Part shown: one piece after another, positions 11,399 to 23,458 of the stretch
How the letters are laid out: every line of letters starts with the position of its first letter
Position numbering within the stretch: the stretch's first letter is position 1
Source: Lepidodermella squamata
Lineage: Eukaryota; Animalia; Gastrotricha
Length of the DNA stretch: 64,000 bases
Reading direction: 5' to 3'
NCBI GenBank assembly: GCA_047495785.1
Contig: JBLDXI010000010.1
Location: 1,364,001-1,428,000, forward strand
Position numbers and translations under genes: made by a program
The notes under the pieces: generated by a model
Databases searched by the model: none
Told to the model about the DNA's origin: nothing
Seen by the model: only the letters and a program-made list of their open reading frames with translations

Positions 11399-13096
11399 AT
11401 GCAAACTCTACAAGCTCCGCATTTCATGGCCGAATACGATGAGTCAATCGAAGGAGATTACGAAATTATGTCTTCTACGTCTATGACCACATCATGGGAG
11501 AACGGGTCTGTTGCAACAGTGGCGACATCATTCGGTTTCAACCCTACAACAACTCAAGACGTGAGCCATAGTAAAGAAAGTCCGAAGCAGGCCCCAGCTA
11601 TTCTTGTTGTCACTCTCGGCGGCATTCTCCTCGCAATTTTTGTCGCAGTAATGACCTTCGACTATTGCAGGCATCTTAGGAGATCCGGTTTACTCGAAAG
11701 ACGGCAAAATAACGAGAGTAGGGAAAAGGCGAGAAGAGAACGAGCCGCGACAATCACTGGCCGTAGGAGGTCCAGTTCCAGGCCTTCAATTTGCGTTGTG
11801 AGCGGTGTTTCGAATGAAAACCCGTCTTCAAATCAAGACGGCAGCTATAACGGACCTTACCGTGCTTCCTATACTTTAATTGACGAAGGCTCTCATCCGT
11901 TGATACCCATGACAGAACAGACCCCTTTGATCGCTCAGCCGCCCAAAACTAGGGAAGGCAGTTTAGTACAATCCGAGCCTCAGGAAGAGCAACCTTTAAT
12001 CACCCCGCCGAAAGTTGTTGCACCTTTTCAATATGGTACTTTTGATTCAGCTCTCGAGTTGCAGTTGTATTGCGAGGCCTCGAGTCAAGAGAATGAAGTT
12101 CGCTATTTCAGCCCACTGCCAATGATCGAATCATCTTTCTGCTCATCATTCAACATCAGCGAGCCGCCTATCAACCAAACCAAGGGTGCTCCGCCCGTTA
12201 CACCTCGAGATTTAACTCAGACCTTTCTTACTAAAACAAATTCGAGCCGAGCTGTGACATTTCTTATAGGCAATTCAGCTAATTCAGATATAAAATCGGT
12301 ATCGGACGAAGGATTGGGGTTGAGTCGAGGGGATTCAATAAGATCTAACGCTAGTCGGAGCCACAGGAACTCGAATGAGCAAACGCTAGTTTCGTCAAAT
12401 CTTCTTCAACCGCCCCCTTCCCCTCATTTCAAACAGACATTTGATTTATCTGGAAATCCAGCTAAACCGCGGTCCCTCAGTGTCACGAGTCTGGGCCAAT
12501 CGAACATCGGAAGTCGTAGTGAATCGATGCTATCCTGCGCTTCAGTTGTTACGATTGGTAGCTTCAGTGGGAAGCAAGATGTAACAGTATCCTGCTGGCG
12601 ATCTCTGGCTCTTGAATGTGTTAGTCCAACCTCGCAACATGCGTCTCAAAGATTGTCAAAATCCACTCCCGTTGTTCCAGCATCAGTTCGGCGAGAGAAC
12701 CCTCGCCGAAGTTTGAGAGAACTCGATCTTCCACCGAAAGGTTTCGATCCACACAATTTGACACTTCCAAGCCCGGCTGCTCCACCTTACAACCCTAATC
12801 TCGGCCCATACTTGGCCATACCCGAGCGAAGGATTCACACCTTCATGGACGTCTTTGCCAGTAAGTACAACATGTTCCTTTTGGAGAGGCAGAAGCAGAA
12901 AAAGCGACAAGAGTCTATCAGGCGAAGACGTCGATCGGTGAGACTCAGGAGTGATAGCAACGCCTCAACTCGGCTGAAGGCTCCAGTTCACCCGGATGAC
13001 GAACATCTGGAGGTTGAACTTGGCCATCACAGGGCTAGAATGTTGCTTAATGCGCTTCGTATACCTCTGAGCAGAGTAATGCCTCTTGGCAGGTAA
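11399..13096 (+). CDS. TM-DY family member A (single-pass membrane protein, long disordered tail)
   Basis: VVTLGGILLAIFVAVMTF-DYCRHLRRSG; C-terminus RARMLLNALRIPLSRVMP. Start could be 11399 or 11426. Confidence 0.75.
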   Translation: MQTLQAPHFMAEYDESIEGDYEIMSSTSMTTSWENGSVATVATSFGFNPTTTQDVSHSKESPKQAPAILVVTLGGILLAIFVAVMTFDYCRHLRRSGLLERRQNNESREKARRERAATITGRRRSSSRPSICVVSGVSNENPSSNQDGSYNGPYRASYTLIDEGSHPLIPMTEQTPLIAQPPKTREGSLVQSEPQEEQPLITPPKVVAPFQYGTFDSALELQLYCEASSQENEVRYFSPLPMIESSFCSSFNISEPPINQTKGAPPVTPRDLTQTFLTKTNSSRAVTFLIGNSANSDIKSVSDEGLGLSRGDSIRSNASRSHRNSNEQTLVSSNLLQPPPSPHFKQTFDLSGNPAKPRSLSVTSLGQSNIGSRSESMLSCASVVTIGSFSGKQDVTVSCWRSLALECVSPTSQHASQRLSKSTPVVPASVRRENPRRSLRELDLPPKGFDPHNLTLPSPAAPPYNPNLGPYLAIPERRIHTFMDVFASKYNMFLLERQKQKKRQESIRRRRRSVRLRSDSNASTRLKAPVHPDDEHLEVELGHHRARMLLNALRIPLSRVMPLGR

Positions 13097-13493
13097 CAAG
13101 GAGTCGATGATAATCAAATTTTGCGCGCTCAATTTTTGCTGCCTATGTTCAGATTATTCTTCGTTTATTTTTAATATCGTTTCTTGCACTAATTTGTCTT
13201 TATCGATAAATAAAAAATGTCAGAATCCTCATTTGCGAACTTTAAAATCTGCTGAAATTGAATTATGCAATTTGACCTAGTTATGGGTAATTATCCGGAC
13301 AGCATTGGCGAAATTGCCGAAATTACGCTGGGATCAATGCATTTAGTTACGTCAGATCTAAAAGTAGTTTCTGAATTCCATACTAATCTTCCGTGTGATA
13401 TCTTATTAAAACACCTGGATGTCTAAGAAGCCGACTCCGATCAAGCAAGATTAAGAAAACGTTTCAGTACACATCCTCAGTGCATCCAATGTG

Positions 13494-14108
13494 ATGCTTG
13501 TTGAAGACTTCGGCTACGGCTCCTTATCTTTAGAGTCCGGCATCATTTTCACAATTGGAGGTCTCTTCAATTTAATAGTTATCGTCGTGCTATTGGTGGA
13601 CTACGTTACTCACATGAGAGCCGCTGGCTATTTCGGAGGCAGAGTCGACACTTTTGCACGAAGACACAAAGTCAATGAAGATCATGCGAAAATTCGTAGG
13701 AAATCAAGCGTGAAAGCAGCTGGGAAGACACTGCGAAAAGCAATTACCGGTTGTTTCGACTGTGAACAGGGAGACGTTAGCTCCGAGGGTACAATGCGAA
13801 CCCGTAGGGCGTCAATCTATACGCTCGGAGAAGCTGCAAGCTCTTTCGCGAGAGAACTATACGATTTAAGGTTGCCTACTCCTGCTCCTCCTGTTCTGAG
13901 TCCTGCTTACTCTCATCCCCGACTGACTCCCTCAAACAGCTCTTCAAGTGCTACAATGTCACGACAAGTCACCCCGAAGGGAAAGATGCGCAGAAATCAG
14001 ACGCAGCCCGACTTGCAGTTGGAACCGGCTGTAAAAAGAGTCTGGACGTCTTTCGGCTTCTTCACGGGCAGGCAAGAACAACGAGCTGAACCTAACCTCA
14101 TAATGTAA
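13494..14108 (+). CDS. TM-DY family member B
   Basis: IFTIGGLFNLIVIVVLLV-DYVTHMRAAGYFGG; LRLPTP motif; AATAAA about 30 bp after the stop. Confidence 0.75.
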   Translation: MLVEDFGYGSLSLESGIIFTIGGLFNLIVIVVLLVDYVTHMRAAGYFGGRVDTFARRHKVNEDHAKIRRKSSVKAAGKTLRKAITGCFDCEQGDVSSEGTMRTRRASIYTLGEAASSFARELYDLRLPTPAPPVLSPAYSHPRLTPSNSSSSATMSRQVTPKGKMRRNQTQPDLQLEPAVKRVWTSFGFFTGRQEQRAEPNLIM

Positions 14109-14412
14109 TTTTACTCAACGTTCTAAAGTCTAAAAAATAAAATAGACAGGCAAAATGAATATATCGGCCTCTTATTGAGTGAGCACTGACCAGAGCTTAA
14201 TTAAGCCCACACGATCCGTTAGAACTCGGAGACTTAATGACTTCTTTAAATCAGCAATCAAAAGAAAGGCTCCTTGAACTTGAGTGTCATAAGGGCTACT
14301 AATTCCTATCAAAGACCGCTGCGTCCAGTAATTTCAATCAAGGACTCATATCTAATTCCTCAGTATTCTGTCCATTGCCATCAAATAGTTCAATTCAAGC
14401 CACTTGAAAGGT

Positions 14413-15627
14413 ATGACGCTCGATTTTTGGCGGGAATCTATGGAACAGCCTTTGCAACTGTTTGTACGCTGTCCTGGCAACCTGACAGCCTTCTGCGAAG
14501 TCGCTAATTCCGCCTTCTTAGAAGTGCGCTTGAAAGCCCAGCTGGACATTCACCACCATCACGACGATGCTGATCAACCTGATGACGATGATGATGGGCC
14601 GTACATTCCCGATGACGATATCGATCTCATAATCGGTGGATTCCCGCATTCTCAAGGGAGCTATGCGATTCTGACTGGCTTAGCTTTCTGCACCGTTGTC
14701 ATTGCTCTGCTGATTGTTGATTACGTCCGTTTCATGCGAGCTCGAGGAGTTTTTGGGCCAAATGCTGAAAGCATAAAATCTCGCCGGAATCGTTATCAAC
14801 GATCTAACTATTCCGAGTTAGTCTTGCCCTAAAAATATGAATATATATAATTGTTTCACTCAATATTCAGGGATGATGAATTTGATCCGCCCTCATTTCG
14901 AGAGCCGTCTATTGCAGGAGAAGAAGTAGAGCATCAAACACCGGTGGATCCAATGTTCGAAGGTCTGGAGAATCTTGAAATGCCTGTTGTGGAGTATCCG
15001 GTGTCGAATACCCAGCACAAAGCACCGAGTACCATTGCATCAATTAGTGACGAAAGCCATGTTACAAAAACTATGCTCTCATCCTACGACAGCGATTTTG
15101 GAGATCCGAAGCCAGTTTTAAGGCGGCGCTCTGGTGGACGCAGGAGGGCAAGCGTTGCTCATTATAGGAAACGGCGATCATCTCTAACCAAACTAATGGA
15201 AGTGAAGGTCGACCAATCTCAAAAATCGGAGGAAGTATTTGAGGATGAGCCTGAGAATAATGTAAGCATACAAGGAGGGATTGAAGTTGGGACAAGATCC
15301 ATCGCAGTACCCCCTGCATTGGTGGAAGAGGAAGAGCAGGTTGAGCCGAAGAAAAGCGGTAAAGAAATTGAAGAATCTGCCCCTTCAATTGTTGTGACGG
15401 AGAGGTCCTTCGACGCTGACGATCCCGAAAGCTGGACTCTCCCTGTGCCTGAATTCTCTAATTCTGTTGATACACAGAAAAAGCCGGATCAAGTCAAGAA
15501 ACCAATTGTCAGACGACGCAATGAAGGTGAAAAAGATTCGCCAAAGTTGCGAAGACCGAAAATGCTACTCAGCTTCCTTGGCAGTGGTCTCAGTCGCATT
15601 AACGAAGACCGATCGGGCAATAATTGA
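14413..15627 (+). CDS. TM-DY family member C (2 exons)
   Basis: YAILTGLAFCTVVIALLIV-DYVRFMRARGVFG; in-frame intron 14817-14870; C-terminus RRPKMLLSFLGSGLSRINE. Close paralog of member I. Confidence 0.85.
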
Positions 15628-16053
15628 CCATTCATGTTAAATATCGTGAAAAATTACACGTTTAAATAATAAACACACATGTATGCTGGATCTGCTATAT
15701 ATGTCTTTTTGAGTCGAGTTCAGGTCGATGCCTGATTTCAAATCAAAATAAGGATGAAGCAGTCCTTGTATATGCCACGATTAAGCATTCATTAACCCTT
15801 AAATCATTCATTCGTTGGCTGAACTTGTTTTCAATCTGGCCATTGTATGCTGATTCATTTCAAGTTTACGAGTCCCTTCATTTCAATTCACGAAGTTTTT
15901 TTCAGGACGCGAAATAGCTTTTGTACCCGGAGAAGTTAGACATTCTTAGTGCAGACAGATTGATCGGCATTTGTTCTAATTAGAAAATCAGCAGACATAC
16001 CTTGGCCATGAGATTATCCTTCGCTTGAAAGTCCTCAAGAAGCTAAATGTTTG

Positions 16054-17112
16054 ATGGAAGGTGACCTTGATGAGAGTCTGCCGGAAAACGCGACGGATGG
16101 CTCGCTGTTGATCCTCAGCATTGGTGGAGCTTTCCTTATTGCTGTTTTAACCATTCTAGTTTTCGACTATCTCGGCTTCATGAGGTCTGCTGGTTACTTT
16201 GGTGGCAAGGGCAGCCGTTACGCCCGAAATCGTAGACATCGACTTGAACGACTTAAACGCTTCGAAAGCGAGACTTCAGACACTCGAATTTCAAGGTGCC
16301 ACCTCTGCCATTGCGGTCGCACTGCAGAAACACCGGAAAGTGTTTACGTGCCGAAGACATCATTACGTAATGAGTCAGTCGGTTATTCGGAGAGTAACAG
16401 CAGTGATTATCAGGACAACGGATCTCAAGATTTGGACTACCTCGATAACCTAAAAATGCCAACTCCAGATATTTCCCGAACCGCGTCTACTATATCCACG
16501 ATGGGGACTTTGAACATTGATTTTAGCAAGTTTAACCGTCCTCTAGTGAAACACGCTTCGACAAGATCAATCCAGTCTGAAGGGGAAAAGACTAGGCGAG
16601 GAATCGGTCTATTCGGGAGATGGAAGACAAATCACAGTCAAGATACGACCGAATCTGTGCCAAGGCGTCGCTTGAATAGAATTGCTCCCCAGCCGTTACA
16701 GAGAACAAAGCCGCTAGCAATAGGAGCCTATCGGCACGAACCTCTTCAAACTATTCCTTCCTTACCAGCCGAACCTGTGATGCCGGCAATATACCGAGAT
16801 GACCCTGGCAATACGTCGACTTACAGGCCGGATGGTATCAAGAGAACTTTCAGACGCCCATCAGAGGCCTCAAGTAAACGAAAGCGGTCTTTAATGGGTC
16901 AAACCAGTGATGTGTATGCAAATAAGAGGAAACTCATGCAGGCTGAATTCGATCGGAAACGAAAAATAGACGATTTGCGGAAGAAGCAGCGGTCTCGGGC
17001 TTCTAAAACACCTGAAGCTGCGACAGATGTTTTTGGCATAGGAAGACCACGAATGATGTTGACTCAGCTGGGTTTTACCCTCAGCAGAGTTTCTCCTATA
17101 TCGAACCAGTAA
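16054..17112 (+). CDS. TM-DY family member D
   Basis: LILSIGGAFLIAVLTILVF-DYLGFMRSAGYFGG; C-terminus GRPRMMLTQLGFTLSRVSP. Confidence 0.8.
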   Translation: MEGDLDESLPENATDGSLLILSIGGAFLIAVLTILVFDYLGFMRSAGYFGGKGSRYARNRRHRLERLKRFESETSDTRISRCHLCHCGRTAETPESVYVPKTSLRNESVGYSESNSSDYQDNGSQDLDYLDNLKMPTPDISRTASTISTMGTLNIDFSKFNRPLVKHASTRSIQSEGEKTRRGIGLFGRWKTNHSQDTTESVPRRRLNRIAPQPLQRTKPLAIGAYRHEPLQTIPSLPAEPVMPAIYRDDPGNTSTYRPDGIKRTFRRPSEASSKRKRSLMGQTSDVYANKRKLMQAEFDRKRKIDDLRKKQRSRASKTPEAATDVFGIGRPRMMLTQLGFTLSRVSPISNQ

Positions 17113-17850
17113 TAAATGAATAAATAGAGATATTTTGGTTTATTTTACTTGCTGTGCTGTTTTGATTCTGCAACGGGATTTGGGAAAGCGCGGCATAATT
17201 AAACCATCTTTTCAGGGGATTTCAGAATTCAATCTTCTATTGATCAACAAGTTATCCTTGGAAGCGGCCCTCAAAGGTTTCATTTAACTGCCTTCTTTCA
17301 TTTTCTCGTTGACATTTGGGGCTATACTCAAGAAAATAAAAGAAACCTCCTCTGAAAATGAGGATAATGGCATGAGTTACAAGCAAACGCAATGTGGTCA
17401 ACACTTTCAGAAACACTATTTTTTGTTAGTTTTTTGAGTGTTGCTTGAACTTTTTTGGGCCTCTCTTGAGTGCTCTACAAGTGGGGTTTTTGATGATATT
17501 TTCTGGACAATCAGGCATTTTTTGACATAAAAATATCATAAAATCCCTGCTTGGAAGAAGGTTTTATGAGTTTAAAGTTCGGCCGTTAAGAACGCATATT
17601 TTACGATACGATCCGTATAATAGCAATTATTGTTATTAGTCAATTATTGCGGACGGTCTCATTAATTGAAAATCATTAAGCTCAATGCACTAACAATATG
17701 AGGCGATCGATAAAATCTATCATAATTGTATCAATTATTGTAAGGACTTAGCGTTTTGCGTGGTTGACGTGCGTATGTAACACCTTAACACGACTAATAA
17801 TTTATCAAGGGGATGAATAAGGCACTATTTTACATTAAGTAAAGGCTATC

Positions 17851-19071
17851 ATGAACATGTCATCTCTCGTTCCACAGTTCCAGCTCATCTTGAACTGCAC
17901 TGCCGATAATGCGGACGTCTGCCGAATTCCACCCTTCAAATTAGTTAAAATCGGACCTTGGAGCGACGATGATAGTAATGACGATGACGATGATTCTTCG
18001 CCAGATGACCTACCCGGTCTCGGAGAGTTTTCCTTCAAGACACCCACCGACTACATTTTTACAGTTGGATTCACCTTCCTGATCTCTGTTATCCTAATCC
18101 TAACAATCGACTACGTGAGGCATATGAGATCGTGCGGATTTTTAGGAGGAGAGAAGGTCTATTCATCGCCGGGCGCTCTGAAACGAATGCAGAGGTAAAA
18201 TAGACCTTGGGCTTTTTCTATCTCTTTACACTTCTTTCTTCCTTCAAGTAGCCAAAATTCAGAGGATGATGACGAGCCTTCGATAGCCGATGCTATACCT
18301 CTATTTGAATTGCCCACACAGCAGCGATACAACGCCAATGAAACTGCTATTACAACTCCAGCTATCAAGTTACCAGCAAGCGGTGCCGCGTCCTCGTCGA
18401 ATTCAGGACGATCAACTGCACTTTACGAGGAAAAGTTTGGCGAATTGATGAAACTAGCGGATGAGCTCACCAAACATGATAGGGATGACGATTTAAGATC
18501 GCAATCTGCTGTTCAAGCCTTCCACAGGCCGAACATGGCTCGTGGCCCAATACGGGGACGAGATGTTGGCAGGGCTAGAAGGGTTAGGTCTAACTCAATA
18601 TCCCCTGTGATTCATGGTCTCATGTCACCTTATATTCCCAAGCGGGCTAACGAGCCTGAGAAACCTGAATTTGTTGGTAGTAGATCAAAGGATAAACTCC
18701 AGCATGGTTCTTCAATTTCTCTGACAGATTTTGGACGGCAGCCGAGCGCCGTTGCCTCACAAGCAGGCCAAATGGCTGAAAGCAAAGAGGAATCCTCTGC
18801 GCAAACTTCGACTTCATCAAGCGACTCTTCACCGAAGGCGGAATTCGAAATGGGAGACTTGCCCAGCCCCACGATGTCGCCTACAACCAAGATGAAAACC
18901 GAGCGATTTCGAACCGGTGAGCAGCTGTCGCTGGAGAAGAGCACTTCGCCGAAGAAAAGACGCAGCAGACATAATTCCGGAGAAAAAGGTGACCAGGTTA
19001 CAAGTAACCGAGCAGGATCCCTATTTCTGAGCTTGTTCGGGGGCTCTCGCGCTAAACCAAATGACCAATGA
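17851..19071 (+). CDS. TM-DY family member E (2 exons)
   Basis: IFTVGFTFLISVILILTI-DYVRHMRSCGFLGG. Intron 18195-18248 (tandem AAG-TAG acceptor, 18251 also in frame) joins the 18310-19071 ORF frame. Confidence 0.75.
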
Positions 19072-19495
19072 CCCTCATTCAGTGAATTAGTCACGTTATT
19101 AGAAGACCGCATGCTGACATTGGCTGGTTCAATTGTTAAATTTCACATAGGCAATTGTAGTAAACACTGTTGATTTTCTTGTTCAACGAAACATCTTTTT
19201 ATTCTATTTCGATATGGTTTATCCTTTGAATCTAATTAAAATGTAGCAATCGATATAAGTATCATACAATCGCGGTCTGATATAAGACCTGTGCATGATG
19301 AAAAAACTCATCCGAACCGGATTTGCAGAAACGGCGAACAATACAATTTTTTTGCTTGAAATAAGAATTAATTGTTTCTTAACAAGTAGGCTCAATGACA
19401 AATAAATTCGATCACCCTGGATGAGCTGCGGTTGTCCCTAGACTGGCAGTTTAGGGATATGCCGGCTGAAATAGGTACACCTTCCCTCTTTTGCT

Positions 19496-20656
19496 ATGGC
19501 AAGCGAGAGCTTGGGCGTAGACAGCCTCTCAACGGAATCCAGCGCAATTTTCACTGTTGGAAGCTCTTTCATCTTAGTCGTTATAATAGTCCTGGTCATT
19601 GATTACGTTTCTCACATGAGAAATGCCGGTTTCTTCGGTGGAAACATCGATTCATTTGCTAGAAAGCACAACTCTGCTCGCCATTCATCTCTTCACCTGA
19701 AACCTATCCAACAAATAGCTCTACAGAACAAAATGAAGAACAAACTCTCCATCTGTAATGGCTGCGGTCAAGGGGACGTTGAATCAGTAGAATCCGAGCC
19801 TTCACATAAGGAAGCATCTGTTATAATTGTTAACGAGAGTGAAGACCCGCTATATCAAGAAGTCAATGAATTGAGACTACCATCGCCTGTTTTCGAACAT
19901 TACCAACGTCCAGAGAGTGGCTTCAGGTCCCCGTCTTCTATAAATCGAGCTCCATCTGCTCAATCTACTCAGGAGTTAGAGTACGTGGACTCGTCAGGAC
20001 GACCATTCCCAACAAATCCTCAGAGAATGTTACGGCGGCATCAAACCGTCCAAAATTTGCTGCCAGTTAGGAAAGCCCAGCAGCGGGAATCGTCAGAAAA
20101 ATCGTCGACTTCTTTCGGGCTGTTCTTCCGCAAAAAGGCTCCTGAAGAGGAGACGAAGCCGAAACCTCCGATGCAAAGGAGATCTAGCACGATTTCACTT
20201 GTCCAGCCTTACCGCAGTTCAGTAACAGACATATCACCAGAGGATCTAGCTCGACTCCGGCAAATTGAAGCAGCTCGTCAGGTAAAGGAAAATCCGTATT
20301 TGGACAAAGTTCGCGAGGAGAGTGACGTTAATAGCCCACTTGAGAGCCTTGGCAGCCCGGATCAGCCCGGTCCATCGGGTCGTAAGCCTCTGAAATCCCA
20401 TCAGCCAAGGCGTGGCAGTGTATCACAATCTGCGAAACCTGAGGATGTTTATTCAAAGAAACGGTTGCTTGCAGATCAAGATCGGCACAAACGGAAAATT
20501 GAAACTTTGAAACGTGGCAAGAAGGCATCTATGTTGAAACAGAGCCGGAAGAGAAGCGAACCTGCTGACGCTCAAATAGTTCTGCACAAGCCAAAGACGC
20601 TTTTAACCGCGTTAGGAATCAACTTGGCGAAAGTAACTCCGTTTTCGGAGGGCTGA
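19496..20656 (+). CDS. TM-DY family member F
   Basis: IFTVGSSFILVVIIVLVI-DYVSHMRNAGFFGGNIDSFARK; C-terminus KPKTLLTALGINLAKVTP. Confidence 0.8.
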   Translation: MASESLGVDSLSTESSAIFTVGSSFILVVIIVLVIDYVSHMRNAGFFGGNIDSFARKHNSARHSSLHLKPIQQIALQNKMKNKLSICNGCGQGDVESVESEPSHKEASVIIVNESEDPLYQEVNELRLPSPVFEHYQRPESGFRSPSSINRAPSAQSTQELEYVDSSGRPFPTNPQRMLRRHQTVQNLLPVRKAQQRESSEKSSTSFGLFFRKKAPEEETKPKPPMQRRSSTISLVQPYRSSVTDISPEDLARLRQIEAARQVKENPYLDKVREESDVNSPLESLGSPDQPGPSGRKPLKSHQPRRGSVSQSAKPEDVYSKKRLLADQDRHKRKIETLKRGKKASMLKQSRKRSEPADAQIVLHKPKTLLTALGINLAKVTPFSEG

Positions 20657-21568
20657 AAAATAAAACAACGCATTTCTCCACCATTATTGTTATTTGGGAC
20701 ATGATATCTTCGATAATGCCGATGTTAGGTTTCATCTCTATGCTATAATACAAGCGGGTATTCATTCATTAGAATCTTTTCGATTCGCATAAATACTAAG
20801 TGCTGGTTTAAGTTTAAGCAGCCATCTCAACAATGAGAACATCCATAAAGCAAATGAACATGTGAAGACGAAATAGCTTCTCAAAAAACTACCGATTGAA
20901 TCATTTTATTCACGCGACAAAACCAACCATTTTCTCACCTGTCCTCAATTCACAAATCGCCAATGCAGACCGAAATTCGACCTGAAAAACAAGGCGAGAA
21001 AATGTTACAGTTATACCTTGGCACGCAGCTTTTCCTGTTTCGAATTAAGACCATTTTATGAGCCAGTGTGCGACTTTTAGGAGGATCACGCTTGGTTAGA
21101 CTAAAAATGTAGTCCCGGCTTTGTCAATTTGAGATGTTTTGGAGCGTGTTTTAGAGGAAAATCTTAGAAATGATCTCGCTTTTTTGGTTTCTGGTTAAAC
21201 TCACAATTCATTTTAGCAAATACAGCGAACAATTGTTTTCTCCCTGGCAGCACTGGGGTCAAAGATATCGCACCCTGTTTGAAGCAAATGGAAACAGTAA
21301 TCGGCACACGGTAAGTCGTGGTGACCTTTAGGCACATGAATAAATCCGAGAAATTACTCAGACTTGAGACTAAAAGGAACAGATTAGCAGCACTGACCGC
21401 AATCGATTAGCATAGCGGAGGATAAGGCGTTCAATTCGACGACTTGCAATGGACAGCCATATTAAAATGTAATTATTAGAAACTAATTGCTAGTTAGTGC
21501 AGAGATCTAATCTACAAAAAATCGCCGCTGTCCTTGGTCAGCATTGAGCGCATACTATTTTTTGCGTA

Positions 21569-22582
21569 ATGGATCCTAACGATACGAGATCAGAAGAAAC
21601 TTCAAGTTCTTTTCTTGGTCCTGGCCGTGACATTGATGTCGATTTCAATGGGTCTTTCGGCTATGTTATCACGTTTGGCTCGGCCTATCTCGGTCTAGTT
21701 ATTATCATTCTGATTGTCGACTACGTTCGTTGGATGCAAGCTGCTGGTTACTTTTGCGGTAAGGTCGATCCTTTTGCTCGAAAACATCGCACTGATCGAA
21801 AGAAGATGAGACGGGTATCTACGGTGGCATCCCTCGCAAGCAATACTTGGATGGCTAAACTCCACGTGCCGATGTATGATGACACGCCTAGTAAAGATCC
21901 CGAATCGGTGGATGGATCCGAAGCTATTTCTTCAACGTCATCTGCAGTCAAAACATATGTAACCCAACCCGATGAAGATATTGATGGCTTTGATCAAAAG
22001 TTGAGACTTCCCAGTCCAGACTTGAATGCGGCATTCTCGCATTACGCGGATCGAATGAGCATGTTCTTGAACCAGAGTGCTCGATCAACATCTATGAGCA
22101 ACGCTTTGTGGCATCAAAAGAAGTACCCTTCCTTCGGCAGCGTGCCCGTACAAATAGCTCGTAGACTTAAGAAGCCTGCGCACGTGGATGAACGTGGATC
22201 GGAACCTGATAGCAAGCCAGTGCTGCTCGGGATGTTCAGGCGCCGCGCAGAGTCTGAGGCTGGGGAGGCCAAAGTCGTTAATTCGAGAAGGCGTAACAGT
22301 CTTACTCTCACTAACTACCCTAACAGTGCTATTAGCCGGCTTTATTCGAGTCTACAGCCTGAAAAAGCGGTTGAGATCGTGGGATTGGGAGATAAACCGG
22401 CAATCGAACCTGATGGCTTACCGTTGAAATCAACCATATCAACGCCCCGGTCAGTACAGAAAACTCCGAAAAAGGCGAGAATCCAAAAACCCACTGCTAA
22501 AATGGTCCCGAAGCGCAGGACGAAACTCTTTGCTGCTAAGCCGCAATACAAGCCCGAATTTTCACCTGTTAAAGAATACTGA
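21569..22582 (+). CDS. TM-DY family member G
   Basis: VITFGSAYLGLVIIILIV-DYVRWMQAAGYFCGKVDPFARK; LRLPSP motif. Confidence 0.8.
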   Translation: MDPNDTRSEETSSSFLGPGRDIDVDFNGSFGYVITFGSAYLGLVIIILIVDYVRWMQAAGYFCGKVDPFARKHRTDRKKMRRVSTVASLASNTWMAKLHVPMYDDTPSKDPESVDGSEAISSTSSAVKTYVTQPDEDIDGFDQKLRLPSPDLNAAFSHYADRMSMFLNQSARSTSMSNALWHQKKYPSFGSVPVQIARRLKKPAHVDERGSEPDSKPVLLGMFRRRAESEAGEAKVVNSRRRNSLTLTNYPNSAISRLYSSLQPEKAVEIVGLGDKPAIEPDGLPLKSTISTPRSVQKTPKKARIQKPTAKMVPKRRTKLFAAKPQYKPEFSPVKEY

Positions 22583-23458
22583 AATATCACCGCCGATGTA
22601 TACTGATTTGATAGCTAGGGAAAGTCTTTACATAGCCAGTGATAGTTGATGGTATTATGTAGCTAAGCTCCCTTGATCCTCAATAAACAATAAACAAGGT
22701 GAATATCTTAGGAATGTCGGTTTTCATTCATAAGATATATACTTTACATTTGCCTGAAGTCTTCTAAGGATCAATAACGAATGTCTTAGCCTTACTTACC
22801 CTTATACGTACTTTCTTCACTCGACCCGCACGTTCAACATCCGTCGATCCGAAGTTCTATATCCTAAACTGTAATGCGCCGGTCGACAGCGTCGGAGTTA
22901 TGTTCGTTCCAGCTAGCGAAAGTTTAGATCTACATTGATCCTGAACACTGTTCAGTCAGCGCTAGATGCATGGCCTCTAAGATTCCGAGAACCAATAGAT
23001 TTAATCATCGGTGATCCTTGTTCTTCAAAATATGCCGATCTTGCAGGTGACCAAAACAAAGAAATTGAGGCATAGACATCATTAAAGCAGCAAAAATTCT
23101 AGAGAAATTGTTATTGCTTCTTTTCGTAACACTCAGGATTAAGAGCAATAAAACCTTTTCTGGATTTTGGGTCATAAATTGAGGGAGAAGTCCAGTATGG
23201 AGGATAGAAAAGAAATCGCCCATATCAGTTCAGGTTTTTCGATTGAAAACAAGTGACTGCCGTGCGCAGAACAAAGGAGGTGTAAACACGTCCTATCTTT
23301 GACCTGAAGAGATTACAGAGATTTGTTTAATTTTCCTTGTTTTTATACACCTTAAAACTAAATCAGGTAAACATCCCACGCACTTGATCGCAAAAACAAT
23401 CTTTGCCTTCATTATTCGTGTTTTCCTTGGGTTCAGCTTAACAAAAATCGCAAGCCTA